Source of the DNA: Pseudolabrys sp.
Lineage (GTDB): Bacteria > Pseudomonadota > Alphaproteobacteria > Rhizobiales > Xanthobacteraceae
Assembly (NCBI RefSeq): GCF_035943735.1
Contig: NZ_DASZBV010000019.1
Location: forward strand, 5,463-69,462
Direction: 5' to 3'
DNA: 64,000 nt
Below the pieces are notes generated by a model. It did not search any database, was not told the origin of the DNA, and saw only the letters and a program-made list of their open reading frames with translations. Position numbers and translations under genes: made by a program. Shown here in pieces: positions 18,379 through 27,544 of the stretch. Position 1 is the stretch's first letter; each line of letters starts with the position of its first letter.

Positions 18379-18534
18379 TCAGTCCTCCTGCAGCGGGATG
18401 CGCGCCGCCTCGTCGAATTGCTTCTTGCGCGACGGCCACAGCGCGTAGGCGAGCACCAGCGCGAAGATCACCGTGAAATAAATCAGGCCCCACTTCTGGG
18501 CGAATTCGGCAACGGCTTGATAGGTCGGGTCCAT
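18379..18534 (-). CDS. fixQ: cbb3 oxidase small subunit FixQ/CcoQ (not in the ORF track)
   Basis: My own translation gives 51 aa: MDPTYQAVAEFAQKWGLIYFTVIFALVLAYALWPSRKKQFDEAARIPLQED. It has a single TM segment and exactly fills the fixO-fixP gap, 4 nt before the fixP start. Confidence 0.8.
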   Translation of the reverse strand: MDPTYQAVAEFAQKWGLIYFTVIFALVLAYALWPSRKKQFDEAARIPLQED

Positions 18535-18539
18535 GGGAA

Positions 18540-19274
18540 TTACCGAATGTTTGCTTTGTCGTCGTAGAGCTTGAAATCGACCAAGGTGCCGAGCGTCTGC
18601 AGGTAGGCGATCAGCGCGTCGGCCTCGGTGACCCGCTTTGGATTGCCGTCGAAATCACGCACGTTGACCTTCGGGTAGCGCTTGGCGAGATCGCCGGCGT
18701 CCGGGCTGTCGGCTGTCGCCTGGGTGACGACGTCCTTCTGCGCGTTCTCGATGTCGGCCTTGGTGTAGGGCGTGCCGATCTCCGCCTGCACCTTCAGGTT
18801 CTGGTCGATGTGCGCGTAATCGAGGTCGGTCTGTTCGAGGAAGCCGTAGGTCGGCATCACCGAGCCGGGCACCACCGAACGCGGATCGCGCAGGTGATCG
18901 CGGTGCCAGTCGTCGGAATACTTGGCGCCGACGCGGGCGAGATCGGGACCGGTGCGCTTCGAGCCCCACTGGAACGGGTGGTCGTACATACTCTCGGCGG
19001 CGAGCGAGTAGTGACCGTAGCGCTCGACCTCATCGCGCAGCGGGCGGATCATCTGCGAGTGGCAGAGATAGCAGCCCTCGCGCACGTAGATGTCGCGGCC
19101 GGCGAGCTCGAGCGGCGTGTAGGGCCGCATGCCGTCGACCTTCTCGATGGTGTTCTTGAGGTAGAACAGCGGCGCGACCTCGACGAGGCCGCCGATAGCG
19201 ATGACGATCAGAATGCCGATCACGAGAATGATCGAGTTCTTCTCGATGATGGCGTGTTTCTGCCAGAGCGACAT
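18540..19274 (-). CDS. fixO: cytochrome cbb3 oxidase subunit II (monoheme c), FixO/CcoO
   Basis: 244 aa with CxxCH (CYLCHSQ). FixO family. Confidence 0.95.
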   Translation of the reverse strand: MSLWQKHAIIEKNSIILVIGILIVIAIGGLVEVAPLFYLKNTIEKVDGMRPYTPLELAGRDIYVREGCYLCHSQMIRPLRDEVERYGHYSLAAESMYDHPFQWGSKRTGPDLARVGAKYSDDWHRDHLRDPRSVVPGSVMPTYGFLEQTDLDYAHIDQNLKVQAEIGTPYTKADIENAQKDVVTQATADSPDAGDLAKRYPKVNVRDFDGNPKRVTEADALIAYLQTLGTLVDFKLYDDKANIR

Positions 19275-19287
19275 GGACGTGCCTGCC

Positions 19288-20937
19288 TTATTCCGCCGGG
19301 ACGAGGACCGCGCGTTCGGGCGCCGCCTCTTCCGCGGAGGTCACGGTTTTCCAGATGTTGAAGGCCATCAGCAGCGCGCCGGTGAGGAACAGCAGGCCGC
19401 CGAGCGCGCGGATGACGTAGAAGGGATGCATCGCCTCGACCGTCTCGACGAAGGAATATTCGAGGAAGCCGAGGTTGGTGTAGGCGCGCCACATCAGGCC
19501 CTGCAGGATGCCCGACACCCACATCGAGGTGATGTAGAGGACGATGCCGATGGTCGAGATCCAGAAATGCCAGTTGACGAGCTTGAGCGAGTACAGCTTG
19601 CGGTTCCACAGCCACGGGATCAGGCAGTAGAGCGCGCCGAAGGAGATGTAGGCGACCCAGCCGAGCGCGCCGGAGTGGACGTGGCCGATGGTCCAGTCGG
19701 TGTAGTGCGACAGCGAGTTGACGATCTTCACCGACATCATCGGACCTTCGAAGGTCGACATGCCGTAGAAGGCGACCGACACCACCATCATGCGCAGCAC
19801 GGGATCGGTGCGCAGTTTGTCCCACGCGCCGGACAAGGTCATGATGCCGTTGATCATGCCGCCCCAAGAGGGCATCCACAGCATGATCGAGAAGGTCATG
19901 CCGAGCGTCTGCGCCCAGTCCGGCAGCGCCGTGTAGTGCAGGTGATGCGGGCCAGCCCAGATATAAAGGAAGATCAGCGCCCAGAAGTGGATGATGGAGA
20001 GGCGATAGGAATAGACCGGCCGCTCCGCCCGCTTCGGGATGAAATAATACATGATGGCGAGGAAGCCGGCGGTGAGGAAGAAGCCGACGGCGTTGTGGCC
20101 GTACCACCACTGCACCATCGCGTCCTGCACGCCGGACCAGACGATGTAGGACTTCGGCGAGAAGATGGAGACGGGGATCGCCGGGTTATTGCCGAGGTGC
20201 AGCACGGCGATCGTGATGATGAAAGCGAGGTAGAACCAGTTGGCCACGTAGATGTGCGGCTCGGTGCGCCGCATGATGGTGCCGAGAAAGACGAGGAAGT
20301 AGGTGATCCAGACGACGGTCAGCCACAGGTCGGCGTACCACTCCGGCTCGGCGTATTCCTTCGACTGCGTGATGCCGAGCAGATAGCCGGTGCCGGCGAT
20401 GACGATGAAGAAATTGTAGCCGAGCACGACGAACCACGGCGACAGATCGCCGACGAGGCGCGCGCGGCAGGTGCGCTGCACGACGTAGAATGAAGTGGCG
20501 ATGAGCACGTTGCCGCCGAAGGCGAAGATCACCGCCGAGGTGTGCAAGGGGCGCAGGCGGCCGAACTCGATCCACTGCAGTCCGAGATTGAGCGCCGGGA
20601 ATGCGAGCTCGAGCGCGATATAGAGACCGACCGAGAAGCCGGCGATGCCCCAGACCATCGCGGCCAGGCTGGCGAACTTGATCGGGCCCATATTGTAGTT
20701 GGGCTTGCCGTCGATCGTCAGCGGCGGCGGCGCGGCAGCACGGTCGAAATAGCGATTGAGGATCGCGAACACCGCTGCGACGCTCGCCGCGCTGAACAAA
20801 TAGGCGTGGAAGGCGTAGCCCGGCGTGTAGGCCCTGGCGGCGACGACGAGGGTGAAGAATGCGAGGGCGACGAAGGCGAGCGCGGCGCCGCCCTCCCCGA
20901 TGGTCATGCGTTTGCCCGGAGCGAGCGCGTTCGCCAT
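19288..20937 (-). CDS. fixN: cytochrome cbb3 oxidase subunit I, FixN/CcoN
   Basis: 549 aa polytopic heme-copper oxidase subunit with conserved His ligands (e.g. [22 protein letters not shown]). Confidence 0.95.
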   Translation of the reverse strand: MANALAPGKRMTIGEGGAALAFVALAFFTLVVAARAYTPGYAFHAYLFSAASVAAVFAILNRYFDRAAAPPPLTIDGKPNYNMGPIKFASLAAMVWGIAGFSVGLYIALELAFPALNLGLQWIEFGRLRPLHTSAVIFAFGGNVLIATSFYVVQRTCRARLVGDLSPWFVVLGYNFFIVIAGTGYLLGITQSKEYAEPEWYADLWLTVVWITYFLVFLGTIMRRTEPHIYVANWFYLAFIITIAVLHLGNNPAIPVSIFSPKSYIVWSGVQDAMVQWWYGHNAVGFFLTAGFLAIMYYFIPKRAERPVYSYRLSIIHFWALIFLYIWAGPHHLHYTALPDWAQTLGMTFSIMLWMPSWGGMINGIMTLSGAWDKLRTDPVLRMMVVSVAFYGMSTFEGPMMSVKIVNSLSHYTDWTIGHVHSGALGWVAYISFGALYCLIPWLWNRKLYSLKLVNWHFWISTIGIVLYITSMWVSGILQGLMWRAYTNLGFLEYSFVETVEAMHPFYVIRALGGLLFLTGALLMAFNIWKTVTSAEEAAPERAVLVPAE

Positions 20938-21020
20938 GGTTCAATCCGTGATTTGGCTTCTTCTGGAGGGATCGAGGTGAGCCGGTGCGGCCGTTATCGT
21001 GTGGGCCGCACCGTCGCTCT

Positions 21021-21034
21021 TTGACCTAAGTCAA
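21021..21034. promoter_or_regulatory. FixK/FNR-type box TTGACCTAAGTCAA
   Basis: TTGA-N6-TCAA palindrome 83 nt upstream of the fixN start codon. Confidence 0.75.
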
Positions 21035-21049
21035 TCGGACCGCGCGCAA

Positions 21050-21625
21050 CTAATTGTTGCGCCAGTTCCAGCGGTGCCATCCCCAGCCGCGCGGGCCGCC
21101 GGTGTTGATCCGCGCCTTCTGCTCGTCGGTGAGCGTGGCGTAGAAGGCATCGAAGGCGGGCCGCACCGTTTTCATCGCGGCGAGCATGACCTCCAGCCGC
21201 TTCTCCATGAGCTCCATGCGCGCCGTCGGACTGGCCGGCAGGTCGCGCGGACAGGCGGCGGCGATCTGCTCTGCGGCTTTGGTCGACGCGGTCCGCAGGT
21301 CATTGAGCGCGGTCTTCTGCGCCTCGGTCGGCTGCACCAGGCGGTCGATGCGCTCCATGCGCCACTCGGCGAGACCGGCGGCGCGCGGATCGCACAGCAT
21401 GCCCATGCCGCCGCGTCCGCCCCAGCCCATCATGCCGGGACCCATCATCATGCCGGGACCCCAGCCGCGGCCGGGACCGCCGCCTGGACCGCCAGGACCG
21501 GGACCTGCGGCGGGCGGCGGACCGCCGGCGCCGGGGCCGGGGGCGGCCGGCTGCGCGAGAACGGGCGATGCGGTGAGCGTCGCGGCGCAAGCGAGCGCAG
21601 CGATGGTGAGAGCCAATTTTTTCAT
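21050..21625 (-). CDS. Spy/CpxP-family (LTXXQ) periplasmic protein with a Gly/Pro/Met-rich N-terminal region
   Basis: ATG at 21625 after GGAGG, plus a signal peptide. There is a low-complexity PGPGAGGPPP...GPGMMMGPGMMGWGGRGGMGM tract and two LTXXQ-like motifs (PTEAQKTAL, LTDEQKARI). Confidence 0.75.
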   Translation of the reverse strand: MKKLALTIAALACAATLTASPVLAQPAAPGPGAGGPPPAAGPGPGGPGGGPGRGWGPGMMMGPGMMGWGGRGGMGMLCDPRAAGLAEWRMERIDRLVQPTEAQKTALNDLRTASTKAAEQIAAACPRDLPASPTARMELMEKRLEVMLAAMKTVRPAFDAFYATLTDEQKARINTGGPRGWGWHRWNWRNN

Positions 21626-21682
21626 CGGAACCTCCGGCGTGAATTTTCGCCGGCGAGCATGCGCGCGGGCGGCGCGCATGCA

Positions 21683-21696
21683 TTGACTCACGTCAA
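21683..21696. promoter_or_regulatory. FixK/FNR-type box TTGACTCACGTCAA
   Basis: TTGA-N6-TCAA lies 57 nt upstream of the Spy-like gene start and overlaps the korB stop codon. Confidence 0.65.
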
Positions 21697-22559
21697 GCTC
21701 GCTCGTTGAGCGCGAACTCGTGTTCGATGTCGGTGACGGCGATCGAGGGCGTCAGCGGCGGCGCGACGGCGGCGCGATCGCCGCGATAGAGGACGCCGAG
21801 GCTGAAGCCGTCGTCTTCGAGCACGAGCCTGGTCGCGGCGGCGCGATCCTGTTCGATGGAGATAGTCGAGGACCGCACCATCTTCTTCCAGCCGGTCTGT
21901 TCGGGGCGGAAAGTGACGCACGGGCTCAGGACTTCGATGAAGGCAAAGCCCGGCCAGCGGATACCATCGACGATCAGATCGGCGAGCGCGTTCGGATCGC
22001 CGGAGAAGCCGCGCGCGACGTAATTGGCGCCGGCGGCGATGGCGATCGCCAGCGGATTGAACGGACGCAACCCAATGCCGCCGGGCGCGATATCGGAGTC
22101 CCAATCCGGCTCGGTGGTCGGCGACGGCTGCCCCTTGGTCATGCCGTAGACGCGGTTGTCCATGACCACGTAGAGCATGTCGACGTTGCGCCGGCAGGCA
22201 TGGATGAAATGGTTGCCGCCGATGGAATAGCCGTCGCCATCGCCGCCTACGACAATCACTTCAAGATCGGGCCGCGTCAGCTTGAGGCCCGTCGCGGCGG
22301 CAAGCGCGCGGCCGTGCACGCCGTGGAAGCCGTAAGTGCTCATGTAGCCGGGCAGCCGCGACGAGCAGCCGATGCCGGAGACGAGCACGACCTCGTGCGG
22401 CGGGCGGCCGTGCTTGGCGAGCGCGCGCTCGAGCCCGGCGAGCACGCCGAAATCGCCGCAGCCGGGACACCAGACCGGGTGCGCGCCGGAGGCAAAGTCT
22501 TTCGATTCGAAGACGCAGTGCGGGGCTTCGGCGGTGCGTTCGGTGATGGTGTCGGTCAT
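21693..22559 (-). CDS. korB: 2-oxoacid:ferredoxin (acceptor) oxidoreductase beta subunit
   Basis: TPP-binding beta subunit with WCPGCGDFG and GGDGD motifs. The ATG at 22559 is preceded by GGGGAGG; the listed ORF extends to 22577. Confidence 0.9.
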   Translation of the reverse strand: MTDTITERTAEAPHCVFESKDFASGAHPVWCPGCGDFGVLAGLERALAKHGRPPHEVVLVSGIGCSSRLPGYMSTYGFHGVHGRALAAATGLKLTRPDLEVIVVGGDGDGYSIGGNHFIHACRRNVDMLYVVMDNRVYGMTKGQPSPTTEPDWDSDIAPGGIGLRPFNPLAIAIAAGANYVARGFSGDPNALADLIVDGIRWPGFAFIEVLSPCVTFRPEQTGWKKMVRSSTISIEQDRAAATRLVLEDDGFSLGVLYRGDRAAVAPPLTPSIAVTDIEHEFALNERA

Positions 22560-22583
22560 GATTCGCCTCCCCTTCATGCATTC

Positions 22584-24311
22584 TCAAGCCACATAGCTGG
22601 CGATCTCCGACGGCCGGTACGGCAGCGGGCCGGGCCGCGCGACGCTTTCCGCGGCCGGCGGGATCGCCTTGCGGCCGAGAAGATAATGGTAGAGCTGCGC
22701 GCCGTGGTTCTGCTCGACGACGATGATGCGTCGCACGCCGTTGAGCGCGCGCGCGAGTTGCTCCGCCGGCAGCGGCGCCAGCACACGCAGACCGACGACG
22801 CGCACCGGACGCCCGGCAGCGGCAAGCCGCCGCGCGGCTTCGCGCGCCGGGCCGATGGTCGAGCCGAAGGCGACGATCGCGGTTGCGCTGTCGCCCCAGC
22901 ATTGCCCCCACCAGTCGCCGGCGTCGAAGCGCGCGATCTTCTTCGCCCGTTTGTTGATCTGCGCCACGTGCGGCCCGGCGCCGCTCGCCGGCAGACCGGC
23001 TTCGTTGTGCGTGAGACCTTCCGCCACCCATTCGTGACCGGGCGTGCCGGGGATCGGCATCGGCGTCAGCGGATCGCCGTCGAGCGCGTAGCGCTTGAAC
23101 GGCTTGTCGGGCACGACGCCGTCGACGCGGCGCGTCAGCGGCTTCGGCCGCGGATGATCGGGATCGATGACGGCGGTCGATTGGCCGATTTGCTGATCGG
23201 AGAGCACGATTACCGGCGTCTGCAACGCTTCGGCGACGTAGGCTGCGTATTCGCCGGTGCCGGCGCAATCGGCGACCGACATCGGCGCCATGACGATGCG
23301 CGGGGCGTCGCCGTGCGCCCCATAGATGGCGAGGTTGACGTCGCTCTGCTCGGTCTTCGAGGCGATGCCGGTCGAGGGACCGGCGCGCATGACGTCGATG
23401 AGAACCAGCGGGATTTCGGCGGCGGTGGCAAGGCCGAGCGCCTCGATCATCAGCGAGAAGCCGGGACCCGACGTCACCGTCATCGATGGCGTGCCGCCGT
23501 AGGAGGCGCCGATCGCCATGTTGACGGAGGCGAGTTCGTCCTCGCCAAGCACAAGGCGGCCACCGAGCTTGATCAGATGCGGCGCCAGCCATTCGACGAG
23601 ATCGGTCGCCGGCGTGATCGGATAGCAGCCGACGAAGCGCACGCCACCGCGCAACGCGCCCAAGGCGATCGCCTGGTTGCCGCTGATCAGCCAGTGCCCG
23701 TTCCGCCGCGGCGGCCCCATGCGCAGGTTGAGCGGAAGCCCGGACGATGCGGCGAAGCCGGCGACGGCGCCGACGCGGTTGGCGTGCACCATGTCCTCGT
23801 CACGACCGGCAAAGACCTTGGCGACCGCGACCTCGAGATCGCCGGTCGACAGGCCGACGAGGCCGCAGATGGCGCCGACGGCGAACATGTTCACCCGCTT
23901 TGCGCCGCGCCCATGCTTGACGCCCTCGCTCATGGCGAGCGCGACCGTGCGCGCCTTCGATCTGGCGATATTCGGCGACGCGACGCCCGCCTGCGGATCG
24001 GCAACGATGACGCTCGCCTCGTCGAGCGGAATCTCGGAGGCAAACTGATCGAGCTTCTCCCAGTCGAGCGCGACGAACACGTCGTAGCGGTCGGGCGGCG
24101 TCTCCACCGGCTCGGTCGCAATCTGCACCAGAGCCGCCGACTCGCCGCCTCGCACCTGCGCGCCGAACAGTTGCGTCATCAGGCCGTAGTAGCCGGCGTG
24201 CGCGCCGGCGCGCAGGAAGACGGCCCCTGCAGTCATTGCGCCGGAGCCGCCCGATCCCGCGAACACCACGGCAAGGGATTGACGTGTCACTTCACTCGCT
24301 CCGTCAGACAT
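22584..24311 (-). CDS. korA: 2-oxoacid:ferredoxin (acceptor) oxidoreductase alpha subunit
   Basis: 575 aa fused alpha/gamma-type subunit of two-subunit OFORs. Its start overlaps the upstream transporter stop by 8 nt. Confidence 0.9.
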   Translation of the reverse strand: MSDGASEVTRQSLAVVFAGSGGSGAMTAGAVFLRAGAHAGYYGLMTQLFGAQVRGGESAALVQIATEPVETPPDRYDVFVALDWEKLDQFASEIPLDEASVIVADPQAGVASPNIARSKARTVALAMSEGVKHGRGAKRVNMFAVGAICGLVGLSTGDLEVAVAKVFAGRDEDMVHANRVGAVAGFAASSGLPLNLRMGPPRRNGHWLISGNQAIALGALRGGVRFVGCYPITPATDLVEWLAPHLIKLGGRLVLGEDELASVNMAIGASYGGTPSMTVTSGPGFSLMIEALGLATAAEIPLVLIDVMRAGPSTGIASKTEQSDVNLAIYGAHGDAPRIVMAPMSVADCAGTGEYAAYVAEALQTPVIVLSDQQIGQSTAVIDPDHPRPKPLTRRVDGVVPDKPFKRYALDGDPLTPMPIPGTPGHEWVAEGLTHNEAGLPASGAGPHVAQINKRAKKIARFDAGDWWGQCWGDSATAIVAFGSTIGPAREAARRLAAAGRPVRVVGLRVLAPLPAEQLARALNGVRRIIVVEQNHGAQLYHYLLGRKAIPPAAESVARPGPLPYRPSEIASYVA

Positions 24312-25821
24312 AGCCGAGCCAGCGCCAGTAGGTGGCGCCGAGCACCATGACCAGCACCATCGCGATCACGGTGAGCACGAGACCGGTGCGTACGAAGTCG
24401 CGCGCCTGAAAGGTCTCGGTGCCGTAGGCGACCATGTTCTGCGGCGCGTTCACCACCAGGATGAAGCCGAAGGAAACGACGAACTGCAGCAGCATCGTCA
24501 TGCCGATGATGTTGATGCCCGGCGTCGCCACACCCTTGAGCACGGCGATGACGATCGGAATCATGGCCGAGGCAAGCGCGGTGGCGCTGGCGAAGCCGAG
24601 GTGGATGACAATGAGGAACAGACTCATCACGCCAAGAATGAACAGTGCGGTGGCGTTCTTCAGGCCGAACTCGGCGACGACGATGTTTGCGAGCCACGTA
24701 GCGGCGTTGGTCTGCAACAGCGCGGTGCCGAGCGAGATGCCGACGCCGAACAGGATCACCGTGCCCCACGGAATTCTGGCCTGCGCGTCTTTCCAATTCA
24801 GGATGCCGAAGCCGGGCATGAACATCAGCGCGACAGCGGTGATCGTCGTGGTCGAGGTATCGAATTTGTGCAGGATGCCTTCCGTCGCCCAAAAGGCGAT
24901 CAAGGTCAGCGACAGCAACAAGAGCTTGGTCTCGGAGGCCTTCATCGGACCCAGCGCGGCGAGCGATTTACGGATGCCTTCGCGTCCACCCGGCACTTCG
25001 GCGACCTCCGGAGGCATCATGCGCGTCATCACGAAATAGAGCGCGATGCACATCAGAATGCCGAATGGTCCGGCGGCGATCAGCCAGTCCAGCCAGGTGA
25101 TGGTCTTGCCGAAGGCCTTTTCGATGAAACCGATCGCGACCATATTTTGCGCCGCGGCCGTCTTGATGCCGACGTTCCAGATGCTCGCGGTCTGCACCGT
25201 AACGATCATCAACATGCTGGCAAAGGCGCCGCGCTTGTTGACACCATAGGCCGCGATGATGCCAAGCGTGATCGGCACCAGGCAGGCGACGCGCGCCGTG
25301 GTCGACGGCACCATGAAGGCGATGACGAAGCCGACCAGGATGGTGCCAATGACGACGTGATTTGTCTTGGTGCCGACACGGGCGAGGATGCTGAGCGCGA
25401 TGCGCTTGTCGAGCCCGGTCACGGTCATGGCGGCGGCGAGGAACAGGGCGGCGGCGACCAGCACCAGCGCCGTATTGGCGAAACCGGAGAAGGCGAGCGT
25501 GAGCGCGCCGGAGGTGCCGAGCAGCACTTTGGGGTTGGCGACGTTGGGCGCGAGCCCGAGCATGAACGCCATCAGCGCTGCGATAAGGATGGCGGACACC
25601 GCGTAGTCGACCGCCTCGGTCATCCACAGGATGACGGCGAAGGCGAGGATCGCCAGCATCCGGTGCCCGGCGACAGGAAGGCCGGCCGGCGTCGGCAAGA
25701 GCGCGATCACGGTGAGCGCGACGATGGCCGCGAGAAGCCCCCAGTTCGACCCAATCCAGCTCCGCTCCTTGGGCGCGACAGGGGTGACCGGGCGTACGGA
25801 CGGCTGTGCGGCAATGGACAT
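24304..25821 (-). CDS. DASS/SLC13 family anion (di/tricarboxylate-type) transporter
   Basis: 505 aa polytopic protein of the SLC13/CitT-like family. It is the first gene of a three-gene unit with korAB. Confidence 0.85.
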   Translation of the reverse strand: MSIAAQPSVRPVTPVAPKERSWIGSNWGLLAAIVALTVIALLPTPAGLPVAGHRMLAILAFAVILWMTEAVDYAVSAILIAALMAFMLGLAPNVANPKVLLGTSGALTLAFSGFANTALVLVAAALFLAAAMTVTGLDKRIALSILARVGTKTNHVVIGTILVGFVIAFMVPSTTARVACLVPITLGIIAAYGVNKRGAFASMLMIVTVQTASIWNVGIKTAAAQNMVAIGFIEKAFGKTITWLDWLIAAGPFGILMCIALYFVMTRMMPPEVAEVPGGREGIRKSLAALGPMKASETKLLLLSLTLIAFWATEGILHKFDTSTTTITAVALMFMPGFGILNWKDAQARIPWGTVILFGVGISLGTALLQTNAATWLANIVVAEFGLKNATALFILGVMSLFLIVIHLGFASATALASAMIPIVIAVLKGVATPGINIIGMTMLLQFVVSFGFILVVNAPQNMVAYGTETFQARDFVRTGLVLTVIAMVLVMVLGATYWRWLGYV

Positions 25822-25883
25822 GAGAATCCTCCCGAAGCGAACAGGTTCGCAGGCGGATCATCTGCCGCGGCGGCAACGCCACG

Positions 25884-25897
25884 TTGAGCAAGGTCAA
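25884..25897. promoter_or_regulatory. FixK/FNR-type box TTGAGCAAGGTCAA
   Basis: TTGA-N6-TCAA lies 62 nt upstream of the DASS transporter start. Confidence 0.7.
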
Positions 25898-25974
25898 ATC
25901 TCAGGTTTCGGCAAGATCAGGAGAAATGCGTAGTGCAATGCAAAACCAATTTTCTCCGCTACCATAATTGTAAA

Positions 25975-26023
25975 ATGACGAAGGCGCGCCCCGCGCCCGT
26001 CAAGGGCCGCGATCGCGCGCCTC
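25975..26023 (-). terminator. GC-rich hairpin downstream of hsp20
   Basis: On the minus strand, GAGGCGCGC...GCGCGCCTTC is followed by GUCAUUUUA. Confidence 0.45.
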
Positions 26024-26042
26024 CTCTGACGCCCCTGCGGAA

Positions 26043-26525
26043 TCAGGCAGCGGATTTCACTTCGATCTTCTTGGCCTGGGCGGGCGCTGGCTTCGGCACC
26101 TTCACCGTCAGCACGCCCTTGGCGATCGTCGCCTTGACGTCCTCAGGCTTGACGCCTTCGGGCAGCGCGATCGAACGCTCGAACGAGCCGTAGCTGCGCT
26201 CGACCAGACGGTAGTTCTTGTCCTTCTCTTCCTTCTCGGCCTTCTTCTCGCCGCGGATCGTCAGCACGCCGTCGGCGAAATTGACCTGCACGTCCTTCTC
26301 CTCGAGGCCCGGCAGCTCGGCGGTGATCTCGATCTCCTTGTCGGTCTCGGTGACGTCGGTGGACGGCATCAGCGAGCCGCCGTTGCCGGACGCGAAGCTC
26401 GGCATGGTCGGGAAGCCGCTGGTGAAGTCCTCGAACAGGCGATCGATCTCGCGCTGCAGCGAGAGAAACGGCTGGGTGACGGCGCCGCGATCGCGGCCGA
26501 CCGGAATGAGCGATGGAAATTTCAT
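26043..26525 (-). CDS. Hsp20/alpha-crystallin family small heat-shock protein
   Basis: 160 aa with an alpha-crystallin domain (TDKEIEITAELPGLEEKDVQVNFADGVLTIRGEK...). RBS AAGGAGG. Confidence 0.93.
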   Translation of the reverse strand: MKFPSLIPVGRDRGAVTQPFLSLQREIDRLFEDFTSGFPTMPSFASGNGGSLMPSTDVTETDKEIEITAELPGLEEKDVQVNFADGVLTIRGEKKAEKEEKDKNYRLVERSYGSFERSIALPEGVKPEDVKATIAKGVLTVKVPKPAPAQAKKIEVKSAA

Positions 26526-26601
26526 GATAAGCCTCCTTGGCTCGCGTGGCCGAACTTAAATTCGGCTTGAGCCCACGCTAGTGCGGGCGCAGCGCGCGGC
26601 C

Positions 26602-26615
26602 TTGAGGCAGGTCAA
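26602..26615. promoter_or_regulatory. FixK/FNR-type box TTGAGGCAGGTCAA
   Basis: TTGA-N6-TCAA lies 76 nt upstream of the hsp20 start, in the gap after the CBS-BON gene stop. Confidence 0.7.
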
Positions 26616-26619
26616 GCCG

Positions 26620-27342
26620 TCAATGTTTCGTCGCCTCTTCCGGCGGCTCGATCACCATGCCCGAGGTCGGCTCGATCCAGACCAGGTGATCCTTCACCGC
26701 CTTGACGCCGGGGATGTTCTCGGCCGCGACCTTCAGCGCCTCGCGCTGCCTGTCGTCGATGACGGCACCCCAGAGTTCCACGACGCCGTCGCGCACGACG
26801 ACGTTGACCATCGCGGCGGGCGCCCATTCCCGCGCCTTGATCTCGCCGAGCAGCCGCTCGCGGATCTCGGCATCGCCCTTCGGCGCCGCCGGCTCGCCGC
26901 GCGCCATCGAGACCATCGCGTGCATGAGGTTCGAGCGCGTCACGATGCCGGTCATCTTGCCGCCGCCCGTCACCGGCACGCGCTTGATGCGGTGGCGCTC
27001 CATCAATTCGACCACCGCTTCGAGATCGGCGTCCTCGTCGACGGTCTGTACCTGGTCGGTCATGACCTCGGAGACCTTCTGGCCGTGCGAATGCGTGTAT
27101 TCGGAGGCGATCTTGCCGGGGCCCATAAGGAACTCGAGCCAGCGCGAGCGGCGGCGCTCCGTGGCGGTTTCGCGCCGGCGCAGGAAGTCGCCTTCGGAGA
27201 GGATGCCGACCAGTGCGCCGTTCGGGTCGACGACCGGAAGGCCGCTGATGTGGTGCTGCAGCATCAGCCGCGCCGCCTGCAGCACGGTCGCGTTGGGACC
27301 GATGGAAACGACGGTGCGCGTCATCACGTCTCTGGCTTTCAT
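26620..27342 (-). CDS. CBS-pair plus BON domain protein
   Basis: 240 aa with two CBS motifs (DVMT..VVSI; EVMT..V.TV) and a C-terminal BON-like segment. Confidence 0.85.
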   Translation of the reverse strand: MKARDVMTRTVVSIGPNATVLQAARLMLQHHISGLPVVDPNGALVGILSEGDFLRRRETATERRRSRWLEFLMGPGKIASEYTHSHGQKVSEVMTDQVQTVDEDADLEAVVELMERHRIKRVPVTGGGKMTGIVTRSNLMHAMVSMARGEPAAPKGDAEIRERLLGEIKAREWAPAAMVNVVVRDGVVELWGAVIDDRQREALKVAAENIPGVKAVKDHLVWIEPTSGMVIEPPEEATKH

Positions 27343-27394
27343 GGCGATGTTCCTCGTGTTTGCACAAAGAGATCACGCGGCGCGCCCGATTGTC

Positions 27395-27408
27395 TTGACG
27401 CAGGTCAA
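27395..27408. promoter_or_regulatory. FixK/FNR-type box TTGACGCAGGTCAA
   Basis: TTGA-N6-TCAA lies 52 nt upstream of the CBS-BON gene start. Confidence 0.7.
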
Positions 27409-27453
27409 GCTTTATCGCCGTTTGCACGAGTTCATCCGGCGCGAACGCAGCGC

Positions 27454-27484
27454 AAAAAAATGCCCCGGCTTTGACACCGGGGCA
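27454..27484 (-). terminator. rho-independent terminator of fixK
   Basis: On the minus strand, UGCCCCGG-ugucaaag-CCGGGGCA is followed by UUUUUUU. Confidence 0.8.
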
Positions 27485-27544
27485 GTTTGGCCGAACTTCA
27501 AATCGGGGAGAAACGACGTTCGGCTTAGTTACGGGGAGAAACTC

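Noticed and set aside
26526-26601. A ROSE-type RNA thermometer in the hsp20 leader.
   Set aside because: The leader predicted from the FixK box is only ~40 nt. I could not find the multi-hairpin ROSE layout or a convincing anti-SD pairing, only a single 5' hairpin.
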